Below, piece after piece: positions 18,849-27,930 of a stretch of 64,000 nucleotides of DNA. The translations under genes and the position numbers were made by a program. Location of the stretch: NCBI GenBank assembly GCA_003285105.1, contig CP030158.1, forward strand, positions 851,447-915,446, given 5' to 3'. A model generated the notes under the pieces. The model worked only from the letters and a program-made list of their open reading frames with translations. It was not told the origin of the DNA and did not search any database. The DNA is from Roseithermus sacchariphilus. GTDB lineage: Bacteria; Bacteroidota; Rhodothermia; Rhodothermales; MEBIC09517. Numbering within the stretch: the first letter of the stretch is position 1; each line of letters opens with the position of its first letter.

Positions 18849-20048
18849 ATGGCCACGCACAAAGGCACCATCGGCATTCTCACCGGCGGCGGCGACGTCC
18901 CCGGCCTCAACCCGGCCATCCGTGCCGTCACCATCCGTGCCCTGCGTGAAGGCTATCGCGTCATCGGCATCCGCCGCGGCTGGGCCGGCCTCGTGGACCT
19001 CGTCCCGGACAAGGACGCCGACAACAGCGCTAACTTCCGCGTCCTCACCGAGGAGCTCGTCAACCGCGCCGGGCGAACGGGGGGCACGTTCCTGCACACC
19101 TCGCGCACGCGCCCCAGCCACCTCCCGAAGTCGGCCGTCCCCCCGCACCTGCAGGATCGTTACACCGACGAGGTCAACGACCTCACGCCGGAGGTGCTCA
19201 AGAACCTGGACTGGCTCGGCATCGACTACCTGATTCCCATCGGCGGCGATGATACGCTGAGCTATGCCTATCGGCTGCATGAGGAAGGCGTCCGGTGCGT
19301 GGCCATCCCCAAGACGATGGACAACGACGTGCCGGGCACGGACTACTGCATCGGCTTCGGCACGTGCGTCACGCGCACCATCGAGCTGACCCACACGCTG
19401 CGCACCTCGGCCGGCTCGCACGAGCGCTTCCTCGTCATCGAGGTCTTCGGCCGCTATGCCGGCTTCACGGCGCTGCTGCCCACGATGGCCGGCGCGGCGG
19501 ATCGCTGCGTCATCCCCGAATATGAGTTCGACATCGAGCAGCTGTGCGAGCTGCTGGTCTACGACCGCAACCGGCACCCGAGCAACTATTCGGTGGTGCT
19601 CGTCTCCGAGGGGGCGAAGATCAAGGGCGACCGGGAGATGATGTTCGAGAGTGAGGAGACCGACCAGTTCGGCCACCGCAAGCTCGGCGGCATCGGGGAT
19701 CGCGTCTCGGCCATGTTGAAGGAGCTCTCGCCCCGGTATAACAACGGCCGACGCATCAACGTGGTCAACCAGCGGCTCGGCTACCTCGTCCGCTGCGGCG
19801 ACCCCGACGCGATGGACTCGATCGTGCCGATGGCCTTCGGCAACCTCGCGCTCGACCTGGTGCTGGAGGGCACCTCCGGCCGCCTCGTCAGCATCCGCAA
19901 CGGGGTCTATGACAGCGTCCCGCTGGAGGTCGTGCACGGCCCGCACAAGGTGGTCGATGTCGCCAAGTACTACAACACCGAGCGGCTCCGCCCCAATTAC
20001 AAGACGTTCGACAGCAAGCCCGTCTTCATCATGACGAGCGATTATTGA
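18849..20048 (+). CDS. pfkA: 6-phosphofructokinase, PfkA family (long form, possibly PPi-dependent).
   Basis: IGILTGGGDVPGLNPAIRAV...IPIGGDDTLSYA...PKTMDNDV motifs. Confidence 0.85.
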   Translation: MATHKGTIGILTGGGDVPGLNPAIRAVTIRALREGYRVIGIRRGWAGLVDLVPDKDADNSANFRVLTEELVNRAGRTGGTFLHTSRTRPSHLPKSAVPPHLQDRYTDEVNDLTPEVLKNLDWLGIDYLIPIGGDDTLSYAYRLHEEGVRCVAIPKTMDNDVPGTDYCIGFGTCVTRTIELTHTLRTSAGSHERFLVIEVFGRYAGFTALLPTMAGAADRCVIPEYEFDIEQLCELLVYDRNRHPSNYSVVLVSEGAKIKGDREMMFESEETDQFGHRKLGGIGDRVSAMLKELSPRYNNGRRINVVNQRLGYLVRCGDPDAMDSIVPMAFGNLALDLVLEGTSGRLVSIRNGVYDSVPLEVVHGPHKVVDVAKYYNTERLRPNYKTFDSKPVFIMTSDY

Positions 20049-20183
20049 GGGAGGCGGGGTGAGACGCAGGGGATGAGAGGCTGAAAGCGATCCGGCATCC
20101 GCCGTCCGCATTCAGCCTTTTCATCTCTCCACGGCCTCTGCTCCTCATGCTTCCGCTTTCCCGCAACGTTCTCTCCATGCCTC

Positions 20184-21743
20184 ATGCCCCGTCCTCTCCG
20201 TTCTCTCCGTTCTCTCCTTACCCTGCTGCTACTCGTACTCGCCGCCTGCGGCCGGCCGACCCCGACGCCCGAGCCGCCGCCGAACATCGTCTTCATCTTC
20301 ACCGATGACCACAGCGCCCGCGCCATCAGCGCCTACGGCTCGGAGATCAACCAGACCCCGAACATCGACCGGCTGGCGGCCGAGGGCATGCGCTTCGCGA
20401 ATTGCTTCGTGACGAACGCCATCTGTGCCCCGAGCCGCGCCACGATCCTGACGGGCCTCTATAGCCATGCCAACGGGCAGCTCACGAACCAGGAAACCTT
20501 CGACGGCTCTCAGCGCACCTTCCCCAAGCTGCTCCAGGAAGCGGGCTACCAGACGGCGCTCATCGGAAAGTGGCACCTGAAGAGCGCGCCCACCGGCTTC
20601 GACCACTGGCAGGTGCTCATCGGGCAGGGCCCGTATTACAACCCCCCGATCCGGACGGCCACGGACACGACCGTCATCCCGGGCTATACGACGAACATCA
20701 TCACCGACCTGAGCCTCGACTGGCTCCAGAACCAGCGCGATCCGGCCCGGCCCTTCATGCTGATGGTCCAGCACAAAGCCCCACACCGCCGCTGGGAGCC
20801 CGGCCCGGACCATCTGACCCTGTACGATGATCAGACCATCCCCATCCCGGATACGTTCTTCGACGACTATGAGGGCCGCGCCAGCCCGGCCGCCGAGGCG
20901 AACATGCGCATCGACGAGAACCTGACGGCGCTGGACCTGAAGATCGTGCCGCCGAACAACCTGACCGAGGAGCAACTGGAGGCCTGGAACGCCGCCTACG
21001 GCCCGAAGAACGAGGCGCTCCGCGAGCGGCCGCTGGAGGGCGAGGAATTCGCCCGGTGGAAGTACCAGCGCTACATCAAGGACTACCTCCGCACCGTCGC
21101 CTCCGTCGATGACAACATCGGACGGCTGCTGGATTATCTGGATCAGACCGGCCTCGCCGAGAACACCGTCGTCATCTATACCTCCGACCAGGGCTGGTAC
21201 CTGGGCGAGCACGGGTGGTACGACAAACGCTGGATGTACGAGGAGTCGCTCCGTACGCCTCTCATCGTCCGCTGGCCGGCGGCCGTCGAGGCCGGGGCCG
21301 TCTCGTATGACATGGTGTCGAACGTCGACTTCGCCGCCACCTTCCTGGACCTGGCCGGTGCGACCATCCCGGCCGACCTGCACGGCCGCAGCCTCAAACC
21401 CATCCTGCTCGGCCAGGCTCCTGACGACTGGCGCGACAGCTTCTACTATCACTACTACGAGTACCCGGCCTCGCACTGCGTCCAGCGCCACTACGGCGTC
21501 CGTACCGAGCGCTACAAGCTGATCTACTACTACCTGGTCGATGAATGGGAACTGTTCGACCTGCACGAGGACCCGGACGAACTCACCAGCGTCTACGACG
21601 ACCCCGCCTATGCCGACGTCGTCAGCGACCTGAAAGCCGAACTGCAGCGCCTGCGCACGGAGTTGAATGTGCCGGATGACGACCGCCCCTCGGGCGACTG
21701 CACCTTCGACGCTGAGGGCTGGGACGGCTTCGAGGCGGGGTGA
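20184..21743 (+). CDS. Sulfatase (formylglycine-dependent arylsulfatase family), lipoprotein.
   Basis: Lipobox LLLVLAACG. Active-site [11 protein letters not shown] (C-x-P-x-R). Motif GKWHL. Confidence 0.9.
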   Translation: MPRPLRSLRSLLTLLLLVLAACGRPTPTPEPPPNIVFIFTDDHSARAISAYGSEINQTPNIDRLAAEGMRFANCFVTNAICAPSRATILTGLYSHANGQLTNQETFDGSQRTFPKLLQEAGYQTALIGKWHLKSAPTGFDHWQVLIGQGPYYNPPIRTATDTTVIPGYTTNIITDLSLDWLQNQRDPARPFMLMVQHKAPHRRWEPGPDHLTLYDDQTIPIPDTFFDDYEGRASPAAEANMRIDENLTALDLKIVPPNNLTEEQLEAWNAAYGPKNEALRERPLEGEEFARWKYQRYIKDYLRTVASVDDNIGRLLDYLDQTGLAENTVVIYTSDQGWYLGEHGWYDKRWMYEESLRTPLIVRWPAAVEAGAVSYDMVSNVDFAATFLDLAGATIPADLHGRSLKPILLGQAPDDWRDSFYYHYYEYPASHCVQRHYGVRTERYKLIYYYLVDEWELFDLHEDPDELTSVYDDPAYADVVSDLKAELQRLRTELNVPDDDRPSGDCTFDAEGWDGFEAG

Positions 21744-21786
21744 CGCACGGCTTTGAAGTGGGGGCGAGAGGGGGGAGGTGGGTGCA

Positions 21787-22299
21787 TCAGGCGGCGGCGG
21801 TTGGCGACGCCTGCGGGGGCAGCCCGCTCCGGCGGTCCTGCCACCAGGCCCGGACGCACCGCACGTCCTCCCACACGGCCGCGCCGGCATAGATCGCGAG
21901 GGCCGCGAACGCCACGTAGGCCCCGGCCTCGGGCCGCTCCCCCCACGCGACGAGGGCTGCGATCAGATAGGCGGATCCGACCAGCAGCACGGGCTCGGCG
22001 AGCCGGAGCATCACCGCCACCGGCCCCTGCGACCACCGCCAGAGCAGACCCACGACGAGCAGCGGCCACAGAAACGCCGCGGGAAGCAACCAGTCCGCCG
22101 CCTCAGCCGCGTCGAAGTCCTCGAAGGCGTAGTTGTACGTGACCACCTTCTGCACCCCTTCGGGGACGGGTTCCCCCTCTGCCACGGTCACCCGGTTGCC
22201 CTCGGCATCTTCGAAATGCGAGCAACTCGACATGGGCAGCGCGGCGCTGAGCAACAGCAACACCGCACCGGTGAGCTTGATTCGATGCATCGTTTTCAT
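21787..22299 (-). CDS. Hypothetical lipoprotein or membrane protein.
   Basis: Internal start MKTMHRIKLTGAVLLLLSAALPMSSC (lipobox) within ORF 21787..22557, followed by a C-terminal transmembrane segment. The upstream part of the ORF overlaps the neighbouring gene and was discarded. Confidence 0.45.
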   Translation of the reverse strand: MKTMHRIKLTGAVLLLLSAALPMSSCSHFEDAEGNRVTVAEGEPVPEGVQKVVTYNYAFEDFDAAEAADWLLPAAFLWPLLVVGLLWRWSQGPVAVMLRLAEPVLLVGSAYLIAALVAWGERPEAGAYVAFAALAIYAGAAVWEDVRCVRAWWQDRRSGLPPQASPTAAA

Positions 22300-22349
22300 G
22301 GCGGCTTTGACCAGGACGTGTTCAGCCATCGCGAGGGTATGCCCTCCGG

Positions 22350-24107
22350 CTACCGGCGCTCCGCGCCGACCTGCCGCACCCTGATCGTCTCGGCGGGCGT
22401 GCCGACGGTCTTCATGACCCGCACCGGAAATTGCCCCAGTCCCTCCATCTGGAGGTTCGGGCGACCGGCCAGTTCGATCAGCGGCGGGCTCGGGCCGCCC
22501 TGGCCGTGGGAGTCTACCCACAGGTAGAACGCCCCGTCCAGGACCCCCCGCACCCACAACCTGTTGCCGCTCGCCGCCGTTTCTCGCTTGATGGCGGCCA
22601 CGATGCGGTGCAGGGGCGTATCGCCCGGCGCGTCGATCTCCAGACGAGCGCCGGGGGGCAGGGCGTTGTCTTCAGGGGCGTACGGCGCTTCGGCTCCCTC
22701 GACGATCATCCGGCACCCCGGCACCGGGCTCGGGAGCGCCTCCGTGCCGTCGGCCGGGAAGCGCAGGGTCACCGTCGTTCCCCCCTGCACCGGGACCGTT
22801 TTGGTGATGCTCGTGATGTGGGGGGTCCGGCGTCGCTTCATCACTGTCGCCAGCGCTTCCATCACGGCGGTATACCCTTCGAGCGGCAGCCGCAAGGAGC
22901 CCATGCCTTCGGCCGAGTAGTGACGGGGCACGGGATAGTGCCGGCCCCGCAGCGGCTTCAGGCCGAGCGCATCCAGGTACCGCGCGTCTTCGGGATGCAG
23001 GTCCGTGCGATTCTCCAGCGTCACCCCTTCCATCCAGCCCGCCGCCTGGATGGTTCTGGGGATGCCCGGATCCAGGGTTTCCTCCATCAGCGCATCGAAG
23101 AACGTGGGCTGGTTGTGTACCAGACGGCAGATCTGGAGCCAGTCCTCGAAGTAGCTGACGCCGAACTGCTCGCCCATCTGCCCGAGGATGCTGAGGTAGC
23201 CCCAGGGGCCTTCGTCCAGGCGGAAGGCGATGTACTTGTCGCCGTCCACCCGTTCCCAGGGCTTCAGGTTGAAGAAGGACCGGGCCACGGCGAAGAAGGC
23301 GCGCAGCGTGGCCTCGTCCTCGCCTACGAACCGGGGCGCTTCTTCGCTCTCGAACTGCTGCTGGATCTCGTCGAAGACATCATCGAGCAGCGGGGTGGCG
23401 CCCACTGTCACGGGGATGCCGACACGCCGCATCGGCCCCTGCAACCGGCCGACCAGGTCGGCGCCGGCCACGCGGAGTTGCTGCGGGCGGCCCGGATGCC
23501 CGCTCATGCTGTGGACCGCCGCCCGGTAGACCACGGCCTCCAGCTCCTCCGACGTGGCCGGCGCTCCGTGCTTGAGGTGTATCTGCCGGACCGCGCGGGT
23601 GCCTTCTTCCATGACCAGCACGATGTAGACGCGTTGCGGATCGCCGGCCTCGTCGTAGACCCAGCCGCCGGGCTGCTCCCCGATCTGCCAGGCGTGGGGC
23701 AACGGCTCCAGCGCCGCCACCTCCTCGGGCGTGGGCGGGGGCTCTTCCAGTCTCCGGCGCATCTCCTGCCCCGCCCGGGCATAGACCGACCACGGCATGG
23801 GCGGATGATCCATGTCCAGCCAGAGCCCGGCCTGCACCGGCTCCTCACCCACGCGAAAGCCCCGGATGTCGGCCGGATCCCAGCCCTCTTCGGCCATCAC
23901 CGCTTCGACGAGCCCCATCGGCGCCAACCACCGGGCCTCGTCTTCGTCGTAGATCAGGTCGACCTCGACCTCGACCGTCTCGTCCGGTCCGTCGATGGAT
24001 ATCCAGGTCGCCTCCAGATACATCGCCCCGGCGGCCTGAAGTAACCGGAACAGGTTGGCTTCATTGATCCACAGCAGGTCCCGATGCGACCCGTTGGTGT
24101 GCTTCAT
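22350..24107 (-). CDS. Hypothetical protein (about 585 aa) with no recognisable domains.
   Basis: Long ORF with coding-like GC3. Start taken at the internal Met MKHTNGSHRDLLW. It lies upstream, same strand, of the Rad52-like gene. Confidence 0.55.
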   Translation of the reverse strand: MKHTNGSHRDLLWINEANLFRLLQAAGAMYLEATWISIDGPDETVEVEVDLIYDEDEARWLAPMGLVEAVMAEEGWDPADIRGFRVGEEPVQAGLWLDMDHPPMPWSVYARAGQEMRRRLEEPPPTPEEVAALEPLPHAWQIGEQPGGWVYDEAGDPQRVYIVLVMEEGTRAVRQIHLKHGAPATSEELEAVVYRAAVHSMSGHPGRPQQLRVAGADLVGRLQGPMRRVGIPVTVGATPLLDDVFDEIQQQFESEEAPRFVGEDEATLRAFFAVARSFFNLKPWERVDGDKYIAFRLDEGPWGYLSILGQMGEQFGVSYFEDWLQICRLVHNQPTFFDALMEETLDPGIPRTIQAAGWMEGVTLENRTDLHPEDARYLDALGLKPLRGRHYPVPRHYSAEGMGSLRLPLEGYTAVMEALATVMKRRRTPHITSITKTVPVQGGTTVTLRFPADGTEALPSPVPGCRMIVEGAEAPYAPEDNALPPGARLEIDAPGDTPLHRIVAAIKRETAASGNRLWVRGVLDGAFYLWVDSHGQGGPSPPLIELAGRPNLQMEGLGQFPVRVMKTVGTPAETIRVRQVGAERR

Positions 24108-24304
24108 GATTCGGACCTTCGTTCGTGCCTGGCAGAGCCGGGGCTGCCGCCCCGCAGGGCTGCCGCCCGTCGTGTAGCAGATCTTCGATAGTGTAGCGGA
24201 TTTCCGGATGCCGGGCAATCCCGCGCGCAGAAGATCGACGGCCGAAGGCCGGGAGGAAACCCGGAGGCCCGACCTCCGCCCGTCGCCCGCGGGTCACGGG
24301 GCGA

Positions 24305-24844
24305 TCAGTGGCTTGCGAGGCGGCGGGGGGGCGGGTAGGGCGCCTCGGCGCCGTGGCCGTTGCGGGCGGGCGCCGAGGCCGCGGGGCGGGACGGCGCCGG
24401 GCGAAACGCCGGTGGCAGCTGCGGCGGTTGCCGGAAGCGCCCTCGCTCGTCCACGGCCACCCATTGCGGCGGCATGCGGTAGAGGTAGCGCCCGATGCCC
24501 CATTGCGAGGCGGCGCGCTTCATCGAGCCACTCAGCCCGCCCTTGATGGCCTCCACGTCGGTGTTTTCTGCGCCGTCCCACTTCGTCACCCACTCGGCCG
24601 AGCCGTCCGCCCGTTCCACGTAGATCGCGATGCCGCAGAGCACCCCACCGGCGGGCCCGGCCATGAACTCGTTGCGCCAGTCCGCCGGCCCACACACCTC
24701 ATCGAGGCGGTCCTGGATGGCGCGGTTGGTGACGTACGCCGCGACGAGGCTCTTGCCGGTGCGTTTCGACGTCGTGATCGGCTTCCACTCGAGATCTTCC
24801 GGGTCGAAAAAGGCCTGGAGCTTGTACAAATCGGCAGCTTTCAT
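24305..24844 (-). CDS. Rad52/Rad22-family single-strand annealing protein (phage-type recombinase).
   Basis: MKAADLYKLQAFFDPEDLEWKPIT...AAYVTNRAIQDRLDEVCGPADWRNEF...GVLCGIAIYV...DGAENTDVEAIKGGLSGSMKRAASQWGIGRYLYRMPPQWV matches the conserved Rad52 N-terminal annealing domain. Start taken at the internal Met of ORF 24305..25165. Confidence 0.75.
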   Translation of the reverse strand: MKAADLYKLQAFFDPEDLEWKPITTSKRTGKSLVAAYVTNRAIQDRLDEVCGPADWRNEFMAGPAGGVLCGIAIYVERADGSAEWVTKWDGAENTDVEAIKGGLSGSMKRAASQWGIGRYLYRMPPQWVAVDERGRFRQPPQLPPAFRPAPSRPAASAPARNGHGAEAPYPPPRRLASH

Positions 24845-24995
24845 GGTGCGATCGGGAGTCGTTGGGGTGTCGAACGAACGGGGCCGCGGTCGGCCGGCAG
24901 CGGACCGCCTGCGGATAGCCTGCGGACCGCCCCGGGCCGTCGGCTGACGGCTGAACGGAAACCTAGAACATCGGGGTGACAACCCCGTGTCAGCA

Positions 24996-25105
24996 GGACG
25001 TTGCCCCCGGGACATTGCCCCCGGGACATTGCCCCCGGGACATTGCCCCCGGGACATTGCCCCCGGGACGTTGCCCCCGGGACGTTGCCTCCGGGACATT
25101 GCCCA
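24996..25105. repeat. Tandem direct repeat, 15-bp unit GGGACRTTGCCCCCG, about 7 copies.
   Basis: Seen directly: ggacgttgcccccgggacattgcccccgggacattgcccccggg... It lies in the divergent intergenic region between the Rad52-like gene (-) and yihY (+). Confidence 0.9.
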
Positions 25106-25121
25106 CCCACCGATCCGAGCC

Positions 25122-26159
25122 ATGACGTACAGGGATTTCGTTGCTCTGCTCAAGGAGACCACCACCGAGTGGATCGACGACCGGGCGCCGCAGATGGGCG
25201 CGGCGCTGGCCTACTACACCTTGTTTTCCATCGCGCCGATGCTGCTCATCATCGTGGCCGCCGTCGGCTTTGTCTGGGGCGCCCAGCCGGAAGCGGTGCA
25301 GGAGCAGGTGCTGGCACAGGTGGAGGCGCTGGTCGGGGCCGACGGGGCGACGCTGGTGCAGACCATGCTGGAGCGCACCAGCCGGCCGGCCTCGGGGCTG
25401 CTGGCGACGGCCATCGGCCTGGCCATGCTGCTCTTCGGGGCCACGACGGCCTTCGCGCAGCTCCAGACGGCCCTCAACCAGATCTGGGAGGTGGAGCCCC
25501 GGCCGGGCCAGGGGATCAAGGGGTTCGTGCGGACGCGGCTGCTCTCGTTCGCCATGATTCTGTTGATGGGGGCCCTGCTGCTCGTCTCGCTCGTCATCAG
25601 CACGGCGCTGGCCGCGGTGGACGAAGCCTGGATGGGGGGGATTCCTGGCTCGAAGGGGCTGCTCTATGTGCTGGACGTGGCGCTCTCGCTCGGAGTGCTG
25701 AGCGTGCTGTTTGCCCTTCTCTTTCGCTACCTGCCGGACGTGAACATCGCCTGGCGGGACGTGTGGGTCGGTGCGGGGATCACGGCGCTGCTGTTTCTTC
25801 TCGGGCGGTATGCCCTGGGGTGGTACCTGGGGCGGGGGAGCGTGTCGTCGGCCTACGGAGCGGCCGGGTCGCTGGTGGTGTTGCTGTCGTGGATCTACTA
25901 CTCCAGCCTCATTCTCTTCTTCGGCGCCGAGTTCACGCAGGTCTATGCCCGACGCTACGGCTCCCGCATCCGCCCCGCCGCCTATGCCGTCCGCATCGGG
26001 GCGCCTCTGTCGCCGCCGGCACCGGCCGTGACCAACCCGGCACCCCGGCCTCTTCCCCCACCGGCACCGTCCCGCCGGTCGGGCCGCAGCCGCTGGAAGC
26101 AGATCGGGTTGCTGCTGCTGGCCTTCTGGATCGGCCATCGCTGGGGACGACGGGGCTGA
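25122..26159 (+). CDS. yihY: YihY/BrkB-family inner-membrane protein.
   Basis: MTYRDFVALLKETTTEWIDDRAPQMGAALAYYTLFSIAPMLLI... with 6 transmembrane segments. Start is downstream of the repeat array. Confidence 0.85.
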   Translation: MTYRDFVALLKETTTEWIDDRAPQMGAALAYYTLFSIAPMLLIIVAAVGFVWGAQPEAVQEQVLAQVEALVGADGATLVQTMLERTSRPASGLLATAIGLAMLLFGATTAFAQLQTALNQIWEVEPRPGQGIKGFVRTRLLSFAMILLMGALLLVSLVISTALAAVDEAWMGGIPGSKGLLYVLDVALSLGVLSVLFALLFRYLPDVNIAWRDVWVGAGITALLFLLGRYALGWYLGRGSVSSAYGAAGSLVVLLSWIYYSSLILFFGAEFTQVYARRYGSRIRPAAYAVRIGAPLSPPAPAVTNPAPRPLPPPAPSRRSGRSRWKQIGLLLLAFWIGHRWGRRG

Positions 26160-26160
26160 C

Positions 26161-26270
26161 GGGCTTCTGGCTTCTGGCTGTAGGCTTCTGGCTTCTGGCT
26201 GGGGGCTTCTGGCTGAGGGCTGCTGGCTGAGGGCTGCTGGCTGAGGGCTGCTGGCTGAGGGCTACTGGCA
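26161..26270. repeat. Tandem repeats GGCTTCTGGCT / GAGGGCTGCTGGCT (14-bp unit, about 5 copies).
   Basis: Seen directly. GCTGCTGGCT is the reverse complement of the AGCCAGCAGC core of the downstream 14-mer array. Confidence 0.85.
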
Positions 26271-26437
26271 TCGTGCCGGAGCGAGTTCTTCCCCCTGGCC
26301 GCAGGCCGTACAGGGGGAAGTCCCCGCAGGGGGAAGGGGGTCAACACCCGCCGCTGTGCTGCCATCGCCCGGGGGCTACCCCTCCGTCGCTGCGCGACAC
26401 CTCCCCTTCGCAAGGGGAGGATCTGGTTTGCTGTGGG

Positions 26438-26568
26438 CTGTCAGCCGTCAGCTGTCAGCCGTCAGCGGTCAGCCGTCAGCGGTCAGCCGTCAGCCGTCAG
26501 CCGTCAGCGGTCAGCCGTCAGCGGTCAGCCGTCAGCCGTCAGCCGTCAGCGGTCAGCCGTCAGCCGTC
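26438..26568. repeat. Heptamer tandem array GTCAGCS (GTCAGCC/GTCAGCG), about 19 copies.
   Basis: Seen directly: gtcagccgtcagcggtcagccgtcagcggtcagccgtcagcc... Confidence 0.9.
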
Positions 26569-26838
26569 AGCGAGCAGCCAGCAGCGAGCAGCCAGCAGCG
26601 AGCAGCCAGCAGCGAGCAGCCAGCAGCGAGCAGCCAGCAGCGAGCAGCCAGCAGCGAGCAGCCAGCAGCGAGCAGCCAGCAGCGAGCAGCCAGCAGCGAG
26701 CAGCCAGCAGCGAGCAGCCAGCAGCGAGCAGCCAGCAGCGAGCAGCCAGCAGCGAGCAGCCAGCAGCGAGCAGCCAGCAGCGAGCAGCCAGCAGCGAGCA
26801 GCCAGCAGCGAGCAGCCAGCAGCGAGCAGCCAGCAGCC
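26566..26838. repeat. 14-bp tandem array CAGCGAGCAGCCAG, about 19 near-perfect copies.
   Basis: Seen directly. ORFs through it translate to AASSEQPAASSQQR... low-complexity artefacts. Confidence 0.9.
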
Positions 26839-27158
26839 CGTCAGCCCCTTAATTTGCTGACAGAAGATGGCGCGTTGACCTGAACAACTGCGGCCGAGGC
26901 ACGATGAGGGAAGATATTCGGCTTAAAAATGAAGGATAAATGACGAGAATGCGCTCCATTGAGTAAACAAAATTAAATAAAAGCGCTTTCAATTAAATTA
27001 TTTAACTTGACAAGCCGAATATGTCTTATTAAATAATACGCCGCGTGCGACAAGGCTATAAAGAGGCGTTCCTGGCCGTTGGGCCGGGTTGGCCCGTTTC
27101 CCCGGAGCCTTGCGCAGGTACGATGCTCCTGTCCATTCATCACCTGTCCCTCACCTCT

Positions 27159-27872
27159 ATGACGCCTTCGTTTCTACGCTTGCCGCTTCGTGCCCTGGCC
27201 CTCGCGGCCGTCGTGTTCACCCTGGCCGCCGTGCCCGGCCAGACGGCCGCGCAGAGCTTCAGCCTCGGCGGCGACCTCGTGAGCCGCTATATCTGGCGTG
27301 GCGCCGACTTCGGCGAGTCCTTCAGCATCCAGCCCACCCTGGAGTTCAGCTCCGGCGCCCTGACCATCGGCTCGTGGGCCTCGTACTCGATCGCCGCCGA
27401 CGGCGCCGGCGCCAACGAGCACGACCTCTACCTCAGCATCACCGCCGGCCCGGTTTCCTTCGGGGTGACCGACTACTACTTCCCGGCTCCCGGCGGAACG
27501 GAATTCTTCAACTACGACGGCGACGGCAACGGGGCGCACTGGATCGAGCCGTTCATCAGCTTCGACGGGACGGAGGACGTGCCGCTGACGCTGTTCGCCG
27601 GGGCCTTCCTGCACAACGACCCGGACAACTCCGTGTACCTGGAGGCCGGCTACCCCTTCCAGGTCGGCGAGACCGAGCTGGGCCTGGCGCTGGGCGTGGT
27701 GCCCATGGAGAGTGCCTTCTACGGCACCACCGGAGCGGCCGTGGTGAACCTGTCCCTCTCGGCCGCCCACGCGGTGTCCATCACGGATCGCTTTGCCCTG
27801 CCCGTGAGCGTCACCTACATCCTCAACCCCTACGCCGAGCGCTCCTTCCTGGTGTTCGGGATCAGCCTGTGA
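27159..27872 (+). CDS. Outer-membrane beta-barrel (porin-like) protein upstream of amtB.
   Basis: Signal peptide MTPSFLRLPLRALALAAVVFTLAAVPGQTAAQ. Alternating amphipathic beta-strands. C-terminal aromatic residue. Conserved position 5' of amtB in Bacteroidota. Confidence 0.6.
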   Translation: MTPSFLRLPLRALALAAVVFTLAAVPGQTAAQSFSLGGDLVSRYIWRGADFGESFSIQPTLEFSSGALTIGSWASYSIAADGAGANEHDLYLSITAGPVSFGVTDYYFPAPGGTEFFNYDGDGNGAHWIEPFISFDGTEDVPLTLFAGAFLHNDPDNSVYLEAGYPFQVGETELGLALGVVPMESAFYGTTGAAVVNLSLSAAHAVSITDRFALPVSVTYILNPYAERSFLVFGISL

Positions 27873-27930
27873 GACGGGCGCTCCCTGCTTCTGAAACCTC
27901 TCCGTTCACGTACCAGCCTCCCTCCGTTCC

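Noticed and set aside
21787-22557. Full 256-aa minus-strand ORF
   Set aside because: Its 5' 86 codons overlap the 3' end of the 22350..24107 gene and are Gly/Pro/Arg-rich. A lipoprotein signal begins at an internal Met, so the ORF was trimmed to 21787..22299.
24987-25121. N-terminal 45 codons of ORF 24987..26159
   Set aside because: They translate the 15-bp tandem repeat (PRDIAPGTLPPGH x3). The YihY homology and hydrophobic N-terminus begin at the Met at 25122.
26438-26838. Possible CRISPR array
   Set aside because: Repeat units are only 7 and 14 bp and directly abut each other with no unique spacers. No cas genes are nearby. The same applies to 62551-62790 and 24996-25105.
26273-26883. Three overlapping ORFs (175-195 aa) translating to AASSEQPAASSQQR... 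and SAVSRQPSAVS...
   Set aside because: They are read-through of the 7-bp and 14-bp tandem DNA repeats, giving low-complexity periodic peptides with no start context. They are repeat artefacts.
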